This document shows, one piece after another, positions 31,172 through 40,926 of a DNA stretch of 64,000 nucleotides (its first letter is position 1; each line of letters starts with the position of its first letter). The notes under the pieces were generated by a model. The model made no database searches, had not been told where the DNA came from, and saw only the letters and a program-made list of their open reading frames with translations. The stretch comes from Actinomycetota bacterium (GTDB lineage: Bacteria; Actinomycetota; UBA4738; HRBIN12): positions 3,800 through 67,799 of the forward strand of contig JAJPHY010000013.1 of assembly GCA_021325015.1 (NCBI GenBank). Direction: 5' to 3'. A program made the position numbers and the translations under genes.

Positions 31172-31675
31172 ATGAAGCGAGCCTTGGCAACGGCGATCGG
31201 CCTGGGTCTGGGGGTGGTCGTCGCGCTCGGTCTGCTGGCGGCGGTGGGCCGCACCGCGGAGCCGCGATTTCCGCACGGGGCCCCGATCGGACCGGTGATG
31301 CGACCCGACACGGGAGCGGGGGAGATGCTGCTGCTCGTGGTGGGCGGAACCTACCCGACCCAGGCCGATGCGGAGGCGGCGAACGCGCAGATGCCCTTCG
31401 CCGACCTCGCCGGCTACTACGTCGTCCCGGTGGACCAGTTCCTCGGGTTCCGCGAGCTCGTCGGGGACGTGGGCGACTACGCGCTCGTGTCGGCGTTCCG
31501 GACCGAGCAGGGGGCGCAGGACTTCGCGTCGTTCGCGCAGTCGTTCGGGTACCCGGCGACGATCCTGCCCGAGCGCGTGCAGAGCCTCGGAGGTGTGTAC
31601 GCCGGGCTGGGGCAGGAGCCCAACGCCGCCGGGACCGGGCCGCTCACCCACCCGATCGCGGCCTCGCTGCCGTGA
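31172..31675 (+). CDS. Membrane-anchored secreted protein (hypothetical; possible SPOR-like peptidoglycan-binding fold)
   Basis: N-terminal TM (GLGLGVVVALGLLAAVG) then a ~100-aa domain. The SPOR assignment is only a weak pattern resemblance. Confidence 0.45.
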   Translation: MKRALATAIGLGLGVVVALGLLAAVGRTAEPRFPHGAPIGPVMRPDTGAGEMLLLVVGGTYPTQADAEAANAQMPFADLAGYYVVPVDQFLGFRELVGDVGDYALVSAFRTEQGAQDFASFAQSFGYPATILPERVQSLGGVYAGLGQEPNAAGTGPLTHPIAASLP

Positions 31676-32124
31676 GCGCCGGGAAGGCACGGCGGGCGGC
31701 GGTCTTGACACTGCTGGTGGCCGTCGGGTGCACGGGCGGCGGCGACCACGCGGAGAGCCCCGCGAGCCCGCCCGAGTGCGAGGCGCGTCTCGCCGTGCCC
31801 CCCGGGTTTCGGGTGGTGGAGAGCTTCCGGGACCCGTACCCGGACCACGTCGGGGTCCGGCTGGGGTTCCGCGACGACGAGGGACGGGAGATCCACTACC
31901 TCGTTGGGATCCCGGGAGAGTTCGGTGAGGGTCTGCCGTTCGAAGGCCCCGTGCCGGTCGCGAGCGGCGGACCGGCGCGGCTGCTCGGCCGGGGACGCAC
32001 GTGGGTCCTCGCCTGGAACGAGACCGGGCCGTGCGCGGCCCACGCCGTGCTCGGCCACGGGTTCGGAAGGGCGGAGTTCGAGCGGGTGCTCGAGGACGCC
32101 GGGGTGATCCCGGCCCCAGGCTAG
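31672..32124 (+). CDS. Lipoprotein (hypothetical)
   Basis: Lipobox LLVAVGC; GTGA overlap with upstream gene. Confidence 0.45.
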   Translation: MSAGKARRAAVLTLLVAVGCTGGGDHAESPASPPECEARLAVPPGFRVVESFRDPYPDHVGVRLGFRDDEGREIHYLVGIPGEFGEGLPFEGPVPVASGGPARLLGRGRTWVLAWNETGPCAAHAVLGHGFGRAEFERVLEDAGVIPAPG

Positions 32125-32181
32125 AGGTCGGGCGCGACAGGGCAGGTGCGCCGTCCCCTTCCGGCGCGGGAAGGAGGCGGC

Positions 32182-32616
32182 ATGCGAAGGTTCGTCGCGA
32201 CGGTCGTCGTCGCGCTGGCGCTCGTGCCGGCCCCGGTGGGGGCCCTCCCGCTCCGGGGGAGGGCGTTCGTCGGTCAGGCGCTCGCCGCGATCACGATCCA
32301 GGCGTCTCCGAATCCGGCGACGGTGGGGCAGAGGGTCACGCACACGCTGGCGCTGTCGACTGCCGGGTCCCTGTGGGTTTGGGTGAGCGCGGTCGGGTTC
32401 CGTCAGCCAGGCCTCGGGACGCTGCCGCCCGGAGCGTGGGTGAAGACCTGCTGCCCGGCGGAGGCGGGAGGCGCCTCGGCCTGGCTGTACCGATCGACGA
32501 GCGGAGTCCAACCCGGCACGTACCGGTTCGGCGCGGTGGCCAGGGCGCCGGGGTCGTATCTGTCGACGGCGGAGGTCGGACTTGCGAAGGCCGGCGTGTG
32601 GATCCGGGTGACGTGA
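32182..32616 (+). CDS. Secreted protein (hypothetical)
   Basis: AAGGAGG RBS 7 nt upstream of ATG 32182; signal peptide MRRFVATVVVALALVPAPVGA. Confidence 0.45.
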   Translation: MRRFVATVVVALALVPAPVGALPLRGRAFVGQALAAITIQASPNPATVGQRVTHTLALSTAGSLWVWVSAVGFRQPGLGTLPPGAWVKTCCPAEAGGASAWLYRSTSGVQPGTYRFGAVARAPGSYLSTAEVGLAKAGVWIRVT

Positions 32617-32636
32617 GGCCGGGTTGTTAGATTCGC

Positions 32637-33248
32637 GTGGTGGGCGCCGTCCGCCGCCATCCCATCGTCGCGCTGGCCTGCCTGCTGCTCGCGATCGCGG
32701 TGGGCGTGATGGGCGTCACGTTCGTTGCGGTCTGGCGGGCGGCGCACCAGGACGACGCGAGCCGGATCGAGCGCGTCGACGCGATCGTCGTCCTGGGGGC
32801 CGCCCAGTACGACGGCCGGCCCTCGCCGGTGTTCGCCGGGCGGCTCGAGCAGGCCGAGCTCCTGTATCGGCAGCACCGGGCCGGGACCGTGATCGTGCTC
32901 GGCGCCGGCCAGCCGGGAGACGTCTCGACCGAGGCGCAGGCCGGGCGGGACTACCTGGTCGCCGGGGGCCTTCCGCCGAGCGCGGTCGTGGCCGAGCCCG
33001 TCGGACACACCTCGCTCGAGAGCCTCCGCGCCGCCGCCACCTACATGAAGGCGCACGGGATGCGGACGGCGTTCCTCGTCTCTGATCCCTGGCACAACCT
33101 GCGGATCAAGCGGATGGCCTCGGACCTCGGCATCAGGGGATACGCCTCGGCCACCTGGCACTCGGCCGCGCGGAGCGAGGCCACTCGTCTGGGCGGCTAC
33201 CTCCGCGAGACCTTCGCGTACCTGTACTACCGGATCTTCGGGCGCTGA
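32637..33248 (+). CDS. DUF218 (YdcF/SanA/ElyC-like) membrane-anchored protein
   Basis: N-terminal TM then the DUF218 core AIVVLGAAQYDG...VIVLGAG...RDYLVAGG...TSLESL. Confidence 0.65.
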   Translation: MVGAVRRHPIVALACLLLAIAVGVMGVTFVAVWRAAHQDDASRIERVDAIVVLGAAQYDGRPSPVFAGRLEQAELLYRQHRAGTVIVLGAGQPGDVSTEAQAGRDYLVAGGLPPSAVVAEPVGHTSLESLRAAATYMKAHGMRTAFLVSDPWHNLRIKRMASDLGIRGYASATWHSAARSEATRLGGYLRETFAYLYYRIFGR

Positions 33249-33291
33249 ACCACGCCCCGGCCGTGTCGGGGGCCGGGGGTACCATGGCCGC

Positions 33292-34299
33292 GTGACGGCC
33301 CCCACGCCCCGGGAGCGAACCGAGCAGATCGAGCGCGAGACGCTCTCCCCGCACGCCACGCTGGCCTCCGGATCGAAGGGCCGCGAGCGGGAGGAGGACC
33401 CCGATCCGCTCCGGACCGCCTTCCAGCGCGACCGGGACCGGATCGTCCACGCCAAGGCGTTTCGCCGGCTGAAGCACAAGACCCAGGTGTTCCTCGCGCC
33501 CGAGGGCGACCACTACCGGGTGCGGCTCACGCACACGCTCGAGGTCTCGCAGATCGCGCGGACCGCCGCCCGCGCCCTCCGGCTGAACGAGGATCTCACC
33601 GAGGCGATCGCGCTCGGCCACGACCTCGGCCACACCCCCTTCGGGCACCTCGGGGAGCAGGCGCTCACCCCCTTTCTCGGGCGGCCCTTCCGGCACAACG
33701 AGCAGAGCCTTCGCGTCGTCGACTACCTCGAGAACGACGGGCGCGGGCTGAACCTGTCCTGGGAGGTCCGCGACGGCATCGTGAACCACACCTGGTCGAT
33801 GCCCTCGCCCTCCACCCCCGAGGCGCAGGTCGTGCGGTTCGCCGACCGCATCGCGTACGTCAACCACGACGTCGACGACGCCGTGCGGGCCGGGGTGCTC
33901 ACCCCCGAGGAGCTGCCGCAAGATGCGCTGGAGGTGCTTGGGTGGACCCACGGCGAGCGCATCAACACGCTCGTCACCGACCTCGTCGATCACACCGGCG
34001 ACGGGCCCGAGATCCGCCTGTCCGACCGGGTCTTCCGCGCGCTCGACGTCCTGCGCGACTTTATGTTCGAGCGCGTCTACCTGCGCGACGAGGCGCGCGC
34101 CGAGCAGGAGAAGGCCATCGCGCTCGTGCGCTCGCTCTTCGCCCACTACCTCGACCACCCCGAGGAGGTCCCGGAGGAGTACCATCGGGCTCCCGGGGAG
34201 CTGCCGACCCTTGTCGCCGACTACATCGCCGGCATGACGGATCGGTATGCGCTCCGGACCTACGAACGGCTCTTCCTTCCCCAGGGCTGGCTGCTGTAG
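33292..34299 (+). CDS. dgt: dGTP triphosphohydrolase-like HD-domain protein
   Basis: FQRDRDRIVHAKAFRRLKHKTQVF...RLTHTLEVSQIAR...GHDLGHTPFGH HD motif; upstream of dnaG as in Actinobacteria. Confidence 0.85.
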   Translation: MTAPTPRERTEQIERETLSPHATLASGSKGREREEDPDPLRTAFQRDRDRIVHAKAFRRLKHKTQVFLAPEGDHYRVRLTHTLEVSQIARTAARALRLNEDLTEAIALGHDLGHTPFGHLGEQALTPFLGRPFRHNEQSLRVVDYLENDGRGLNLSWEVRDGIVNHTWSMPSPSTPEAQVVRFADRIAYVNHDVDDAVRAGVLTPEELPQDALEVLGWTHGERINTLVTDLVDHTGDGPEIRLSDRVFRALDVLRDFMFERVYLRDEARAEQEKAIALVRSLFAHYLDHPEEVPEEYHRAPGELPTLVADYIAGMTDRYALRTYERLFLPQGWLL

Positions 34300-34313
34300 G
34301 GGCTGGGGGAGCG

Positions 34314-36098
34314 GTGGCCGCACGGATCAGGCAAGAGGACCTCGAGGCGGTCCGCGAACGGACCGACCTCGTCAAGCTCGTCTCGGGCTACCTGACGCTC
34401 AAGAAGGCCGGACACGACTCGTTCGTCGGGCTCTGCCCGTTCCACGCCGAGAAGACGCCCTCGTTCTCGGTCTCGCCGTCCACGGGCCTGTACTACTGCT
34501 TCGGGTGCGGGGCCGGCGGAGACGCCATCCGGTTCCTGCGCGACGTCGAGCACCTCGAGTTCTCCGACGCGGTCGAGCGTCTGGCGGCGGAGGCCGGCGT
34601 CCGGCTCCGCTACGAGGGCGAGAGCGCGGCCGGCCGGCAGGCCGCCTCCCGCCGTCAGGCGCTCCACCGGGCCAACGAGGAGGCGGCGGCCCTGTACCAC
34701 CGCACGCTCCTGGAGGGCCGGGAGAGCGACCAGGCGCGCGAGTACCTCCGGACGCGCGGGATCGACCGCGCGGCCGCGGTGGCCTTCGGCGTCGGCTACG
34801 CGCCCGGCTACCCGGACTTCCTGCTCCGGAGGCTGGCGCGCGCGCTCTCGCCCGAGGTCCTGCTCGAGGCCGGGCTCGTGGTCCGGGACCAGGACGGCGG
34901 GCTTCGGGACCGGTTCCGCGGCCGGATCACGTTCCCCGTCCACGACCTCTCGGGCCGGGCGGTCGGGATGGGGGCCCGCATCCTGCCGGGCGCGCGCGAG
35001 GAGGGCCCGAAGTACCTGAACTCGCCGGAGACGCCCGTGTACCGCAAGGCGGAGGTTCTCTACAACCTGCACCGGGCCAAGGCGGCCGTCTCGCGCTCGG
35101 GCGAGATCGTCGTGGTCGAGGGGTATACCGACGTGATCGCGCTCGTCCGCGCCGGGGTCGAGGCCGCGGTCGCGACCTGCGGGACCGCGCTCGGCGAGGG
35201 CCACTTCCGCTTGGCGTCGCGGTTTGCCCAGCGGATGGTGCTGGCCTTCGACTCGGACGAGGCCGGCGCCCGGGCGGCGGAGCGCGCGTACGCGTTCCTC
35301 GAGCGGTTCCCCGTGCAGCCCGTCGTGCTGATCCTGCCGGAGGGCCTGGACCCCGCCGACTTCGTCCAGCGCCACGGCGCCGAGGCGTTCCGAGAGCTGG
35401 CGAGCTCGGCCCGCCCGCTGGTTGAGTACATGCTGCGGCGGGAGGTGGGCAGACACGATCTGTCCACGGTCGAGGGGCAGACCGCGGCGGTCGCGGCGGC
35501 GCTCCCGATCCTGGAGGGCCTGTCCGACCCGGTTCGACAGCGCGAGTACGCCCACCTGCTCTCCGAGCTTGCTGGGGTCTCGGAATCCTCCGTGCTGCTG
35601 GCGCTCGAGCGGCGCCTGGCGGGGCGCCCGGCCGAGGTCTCCCGAGCGATCAAGCGCGGGTCCGTGCAGGAGCGGGTCGAGCGCGAGATGCTCCGCCTGC
35701 TCGTCCGCGACTCCGAGATCTGGGCCTCGTTCGCGGAGCGCCTCTCGGAGGAGCACTTCCAGTCGGCCGGGGGGCGCAAGCTGTTCGAGCTGCTTCGCGG
35801 TGCCGGCGGGGACGCGAGGCGGATCGCGATGGCATCCGATGACGAGAAGGTGGTCCGCGGGGTTTCCGCGCTCGCGCTCGAGCCCACCCTGGGCGAGCCC
35901 ACGCTCGAGTACGCGCACGACGTGTGGGCCCGGCTCCAGGAGCTGGCGCTCAAGCGGCGGAGCGACGCCATCCGCCAGCGGCTGCAGAAGCTCAACCCGA
36001 CGACCGAGACCGAGGAGTACGACCGTCTGTTCCAGGACCTGATTGCGACGGACGGCGAGCTCCGCCGCCTCAAGGATCGTCGGGGGGCCCCGGTCTGA
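34314..36098 (+). CDS. dnaG: DNA primase
   Basis: Zinc-binding domain [41 protein letters not shown] (EGYTDVIAL), C-terminal helicase-interaction region. Confidence 0.93.
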   Translation: MAARIRQEDLEAVRERTDLVKLVSGYLTLKKAGHDSFVGLCPFHAEKTPSFSVSPSTGLYYCFGCGAGGDAIRFLRDVEHLEFSDAVERLAAEAGVRLRYEGESAAGRQAASRRQALHRANEEAAALYHRTLLEGRESDQAREYLRTRGIDRAAAVAFGVGYAPGYPDFLLRRLARALSPEVLLEAGLVVRDQDGGLRDRFRGRITFPVHDLSGRAVGMGARILPGAREEGPKYLNSPETPVYRKAEVLYNLHRAKAAVSRSGEIVVVEGYTDVIALVRAGVEAAVATCGTALGEGHFRLASRFAQRMVLAFDSDEAGARAAERAYAFLERFPVQPVVLILPEGLDPADFVQRHGAEAFRELASSARPLVEYMLRREVGRHDLSTVEGQTAAVAAALPILEGLSDPVRQREYAHLLSELAGVSESSVLLALERRLAGRPAEVSRAIKRGSVQERVEREMLRLLVRDSEIWASFAERLSEEHFQSAGGRKLFELLRGAGGDARRIAMASDDEKVVRGVSALALEPTLGEPTLEYAHDVWARLQELALKRRSDAIRQRLQKLNPTTETEEYDRLFQDLIATDGELRRLKDRRGAPV

Positions 36099-36180
36099 CG
36101 GTCGGTCCGGGCATGGGTCGCCACCCCGTCCGTCTCGTACACTTCCCGGCGTTCATGCCCTCCGCGCGCGAGGAGACCCG

Positions 36181-37485
<1,305 letters not shown>

Positions 37486-37590
37486 GCGCTGATCGCTCGA
37501 TTCTGGATCGGGCGCAGGTCGCTCGATCCGCCGTCGCCGCGACCACCGGACCTGGGCTCCCGGGTGCGTTGGTAGACTGCCGAGGCTCGT

Positions 37591-37666
37591 TCCGGGGTAG
37601 CTCAATCGGCAGAGCGGCGGACTGTTAATCCGATGGTTGCGAGTTCGAGTCTCGCCCCCGGAGCCA
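37591..37666 (+). tRNA. tRNA-Asn (anticodon GTT), CCA encoded
   Basis: Cloverleaf: acceptor TCCGGGG/CCCCGGA, anticodon loop CTGTTAA, T-arm GCGAGTTCGAGTCTCGC, 3' CCA. Confidence 0.88.
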
Positions 37667-40339
37667 TCACCCGATCGTCCAGGACCAAGTCGCGTCGGGG
37701 CCAACGTTGCCGGCCGCATCGATGGCGTGGACCGCGAACGAGTGCGAGCCCGGGGCGAGGCCCTCGTAGCTCACGCCGCTTGCGCACCGGAGGAATCCGA
37801 GGCCGTCGATCGAGCACATGTACCTCACATCCGTTTCGGTGGCCGAGAACGCGAACGTGGCCGACGTGCTCGCGGTCGGGCTGGGCGGTCCGGACTCGAT
37901 CGTCGTGATCGGGGCGACTGTGTCCTGGGTCCACGTCCATGTGATCGGCGCGGAGCGGTTGAGCGCCGCATCCACCGCGACGACGGTGAGGCGGTGCACG
38001 CCGTCGGGGAGCTCGGAGAACGTCGGCGCGCGCGGGCAGACCATGAACGGCCGGCCGTCCAGCCGGCACAGGAACCCTCCCCCGAACCGGGACGGCCCAA
38101 GGAGAAAGGACGCCGCCGGCTGGTCCGAACGCCTCCGCGGATGGAGCAGAAAGCGCGCGTCCGGGGCCTCGCGATCGACCGTCCATGCGAGCTCGGTGGT
38201 CGCGGTGTTGCCGGCCTCGTCGCTCGCGCGGATCTGAAGGAGGTGTCTGCCGGGGCCCAGGTGGTTGGCGTGGAACCGGCCCCTCGAGCAGTCGACCGGC
38301 GCGCGGCCACGCAGGCGGCACACGACGGGACCTCGAGTCGGCTCGTCGGGGATGAAGGAGACCGTCGCCGAGGTCGCGGTGGTGGCGGCTCCCGGCCGCT
38401 CCACGAAGGTCATCCGCGGACCGGTACGGTCGACGCGGACGAGCGCCTCGGCGGGCGGATCGGTGACCTGGCCGGTCACGGGGTCGGCGGCGCGGACCTG
38501 AAAGCTCCACCAGCCGGGCGCGGGTTCGTAGAGGACGGCGCCGGTAGCCGGATCGCACGGCCTCCAGGTGAGGTACGGGGCTCCCAGCCGATCGAACGCG
38601 CACTCGAACGTCGCCCCCGCCACCGGGCTCGAGAAGGAGAAGCTCAGGAACCCCGGTCGCGCGAGCGTCGGCGGCGCGGAGTCGATCGTGACGGCCGGGC
38701 CGCTCGAGGAGACGGTGAACTCCCGCACGGCCGGAGTCGAGTCCGTCTCGCCGCGCTCATCGGTCCCGCTGACCGCGAAGGAGTAGCTCCCGTCTTCGAG
38801 CGACCCGAGCGTGATCGATCCACCGGGGCAGGGGATCCACCCGCCGGGCACTCCGTCGCGGTCCAGCCGGCAGCGGTACGTCGCGAAGCGCGACTGCGAG
38901 AAGAAGGTGAAGGTCGCGACCCTGCCGGCGACCTCGCCGGTGGGCCCGGCCACGATCGTGGTCTCCACCGGCGGCGGCGCCCGCAGGGACTCGAGCTCTT
39001 CGAGGAGCTTCCGCCGGACGCCGGCGACGGTGGAATCGCCCGCCAGGTTCCTGAGCTCGGCGGGATCCGCGGCGAGGTCGTACAGCTCGGCCTCGCCGGT
39101 CGCGTACTCGACGTAGACGTAGCGCTCGGTCACGATCCCCCAGAACGAGGGCACCGATCGCGTTCCCCCCACGTCGAGGCCGTTGCACCCCCTCGACTCC
39201 TCGATCACGCCCCGGCATTGTTCGATCAGGACGGCGTCGCGCACGCGGCCAGCCGGATCGGAGAGCAGGGGCGCGATCGACGTTCCGTCGGCCCCCCACG
39301 GGATGCCGACGAGAGCGGCGATCGTGGGCGCGAGGTCGACGTTCTCCACGAGCGCGTGCGAGATCGCGGGCTCGCTCTCCGGGCGCAGCGGCGGGTAGCG
39401 GACGACGAGTGGAACCCGCACCGCCTCCTCATAGGGAACCCGCTTCCCCTCCCATCGATGCTCGCCGTACAGGTATCCGTTGTCGGACAGGTAGATCACG
39501 AGGGTGTCGCGCTCGCGATCGCCGAGCGATGCGAGGAGCGTGGCGACCGAGTCGTCGAGCGCGCGCACGGCCCGCGCCATGGCGGCGTGATCGGCATCGA
39601 TCGCCGCCTGCTGCGTGGAGGTGAGCGGACCGCGTCGCAGGTACGTGGGCTCGGTCCTCACCCACGTGTCCTGATCGAACCCGGGGTCGCGGATCGGCTC
39701 CACCGGCAGGGTCGCGTAGCGGTCGTCGTTGGCCGGCAGATGCGGGCTCGTCGGCGCGTACAGTGCGAAGAACGGCCGTCCCGGGGGCGTCCGCGCGATG
39801 AAGCGCGCGAGGAACTCGGCCTGGATCTGGACGGTGTAGCCGGTGAAGCGCGTCCACGCGCCGTTCACGTTCATGTAGGGGTCGACCAGCGAGTAGCTGC
39901 TCGGTTTGTGCCCGGAGCACATCCACTGGTCGAACTCCGGTCGCGGCTCGCACGGCCAGCTGTTCAGGTACTTGCCGGCGAGCGCGGTTCGGTAGCCGAG
40001 GTCGTGCAGGGCCTGGACGATGGTCGGGCGCGTGAGGTGGACGCCGTTTCCGTCCACGCCGGTGTGGTGCTCGTACAGGCCGGTGAGGATCTCCGAGCGA
40101 GACGGGCAGCAGAGGGCGGAGTTCACGTAGGCGCGATCGAACAGCACCCCGTGGTCGACGAGCTCACCGAACACCGCGGGCATGAGCTCGCGATCGAAGG
40201 TCGACCACGACTGGTCGTCGCTCACGATCAGCAGGACGTTCGGGCGGCCGGGAGCCGCGGCGTGCGCCCGGACACCGACGAGCAGGGACGCGAGGAGCGC
40301 GAGCGCGAGGGCTCGGGCGAGCGTCGGCGATGAACGCAC
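37667..40339 (-). CDS. Secreted sulfatase (formylglycine-type) fused to five tandem Ig-like/beta-sandwich repeats
   Basis: Signal peptide; sulfatase signature NVLLIVSDDQSW...CCPSRSEILTGLYEHHTG and metal-binding core (~470 aa), then ~85-aa repeats each with two Cys and GxHxFxVxAxDxAGN. GTG start 40339; stop directly abuts the tRNA-Asn 3' end. Confidence 0.8.
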   Translation of the reverse strand: MRSSPTLARALALALLASLLVGVRAHAAAPGRPNVLLIVSDDQSWSTFDRELMPAVFGELVDHGVLFDRAYVNSALCCPSRSEILTGLYEHHTGVDGNGVHLTRPTIVQALHDLGYRTALAGKYLNSWPCEPRPEFDQWMCSGHKPSSYSLVDPYMNVNGAWTRFTGYTVQIQAEFLARFIARTPPGRPFFALYAPTSPHLPANDDRYATLPVEPIRDPGFDQDTWVRTEPTYLRRGPLTSTQQAAIDADHAAMARAVRALDDSVATLLASLGDRERDTLVIYLSDNGYLYGEHRWEGKRVPYEEAVRVPLVVRYPPLRPESEPAISHALVENVDLAPTIAALVGIPWGADGTSIAPLLSDPAGRVRDAVLIEQCRGVIEESRGCNGLDVGGTRSVPSFWGIVTERYVYVEYATGEAELYDLAADPAELRNLAGDSTVAGVRRKLLEELESLRAPPPVETTIVAGPTGEVAGRVATFTFFSQSRFATYRCRLDRDGVPGGWIPCPGGSITLGSLEDGSYSFAVSGTDERGETDSTPAVREFTVSSSGPAVTIDSAPPTLARPGFLSFSFSSPVAGATFECAFDRLGAPYLTWRPCDPATGAVLYEPAPGWWSFQVRAADPVTGQVTDPPAEALVRVDRTGPRMTFVERPGAATTATSATVSFIPDEPTRGPVVCRLRGRAPVDCSRGRFHANHLGPGRHLLQIRASDEAGNTATTELAWTVDREAPDARFLLHPRRRSDQPAASFLLGPSRFGGGFLCRLDGRPFMVCPRAPTFSELPDGVHRLTVVAVDAALNRSAPITWTWTQDTVAPITTIESGPPSPTASTSATFAFSATETDVRYMCSIDGLGFLRCASGVSYEGLAPGSHSFAVHAIDAAGNVGPDATWSWTIG

Positions 40340-40455
40340 GCTCCGAACCTACCAGGGATGCGCCCGACCGCAACGGTGGGTTAGAAGCGCTCTCGCCGGC
40401 GAGGCAAGTGGAGGAGGGCCTCGGTCCCGGGCGAGAACCGGCCGACATTCCGCTG

Positions 40456-40704
40456 TCAGTCGACCATGCGTCGATACGCGGACGGGCTGATGCCGACATG
40501 CGACCGGAACGTCGTGTGGGGAGGGACGCCGTAGGTCGCCTTGAAGATCCGAGCGAGATAGAAGGGCGAGATCTCCGCCGCCCGGGCCACCGACGGGATG
40601 TCCACGTCGCGGCTCATGTTCGCGTCGAGGTACGCGCGAACGTGCTCCACGCGCTCGCGAACGTGCGCCCTCGGGCCGCTCGACCCGTCGAACCCGCTCA
40701 GCAT
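40456..40704 (-). CDS. AraC-family HTH-only ORF (82 aa), probably a gene remnant
   Basis: Contains an AraC helix-turn-helix (IPSVARAAEISPFYLARIFKATYGVPP) and C-terminal tail but no ligand-binding domain and an apparently incomplete second HTH. Confidence 0.4.
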   Translation of the reverse strand: MLSGFDGSSGPRAHVRERVEHVRAYLDANMSRDVDIPSVARAAEISPFYLARIFKATYGVPPHTTFRSHVGISPSAYRRMVD

Positions 40705-40852
40705 CCGGAGCCCCTCCTCTGGCGCATGCTACGACGGGGTAGGGCCCCCGGGGGGGTTGCGGATTTCCTGCGGAGGTCTCGGGCGCAACCGGTTCGGCGA
40801 GCGCTCTTGGGGGGTCGGCCAGTGCCCGCAGGCGAGGTACAGTGCGCTTGGC

Positions 40853-40926
40853 GGGGCGGTAGCTCAGTGGGTCAGAGCAGCGGACTCATAATCCGTCGGT
40901 CGGAGGTTCAAGTCCTCCCCGCCCCA
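40853..40926 (+). tRNA. tRNA-Met (anticodon CAT; elongator-type 1:72 pairing; could alternatively be tRNA-Ile2/lysidine)
   Basis: Acceptor GGGGCGG/CCGCCCC, anticodon loop CTCATAA, T-arm GGAGGTTCAAGTCCTCC; no encoded CCA. Confidence 0.82.
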
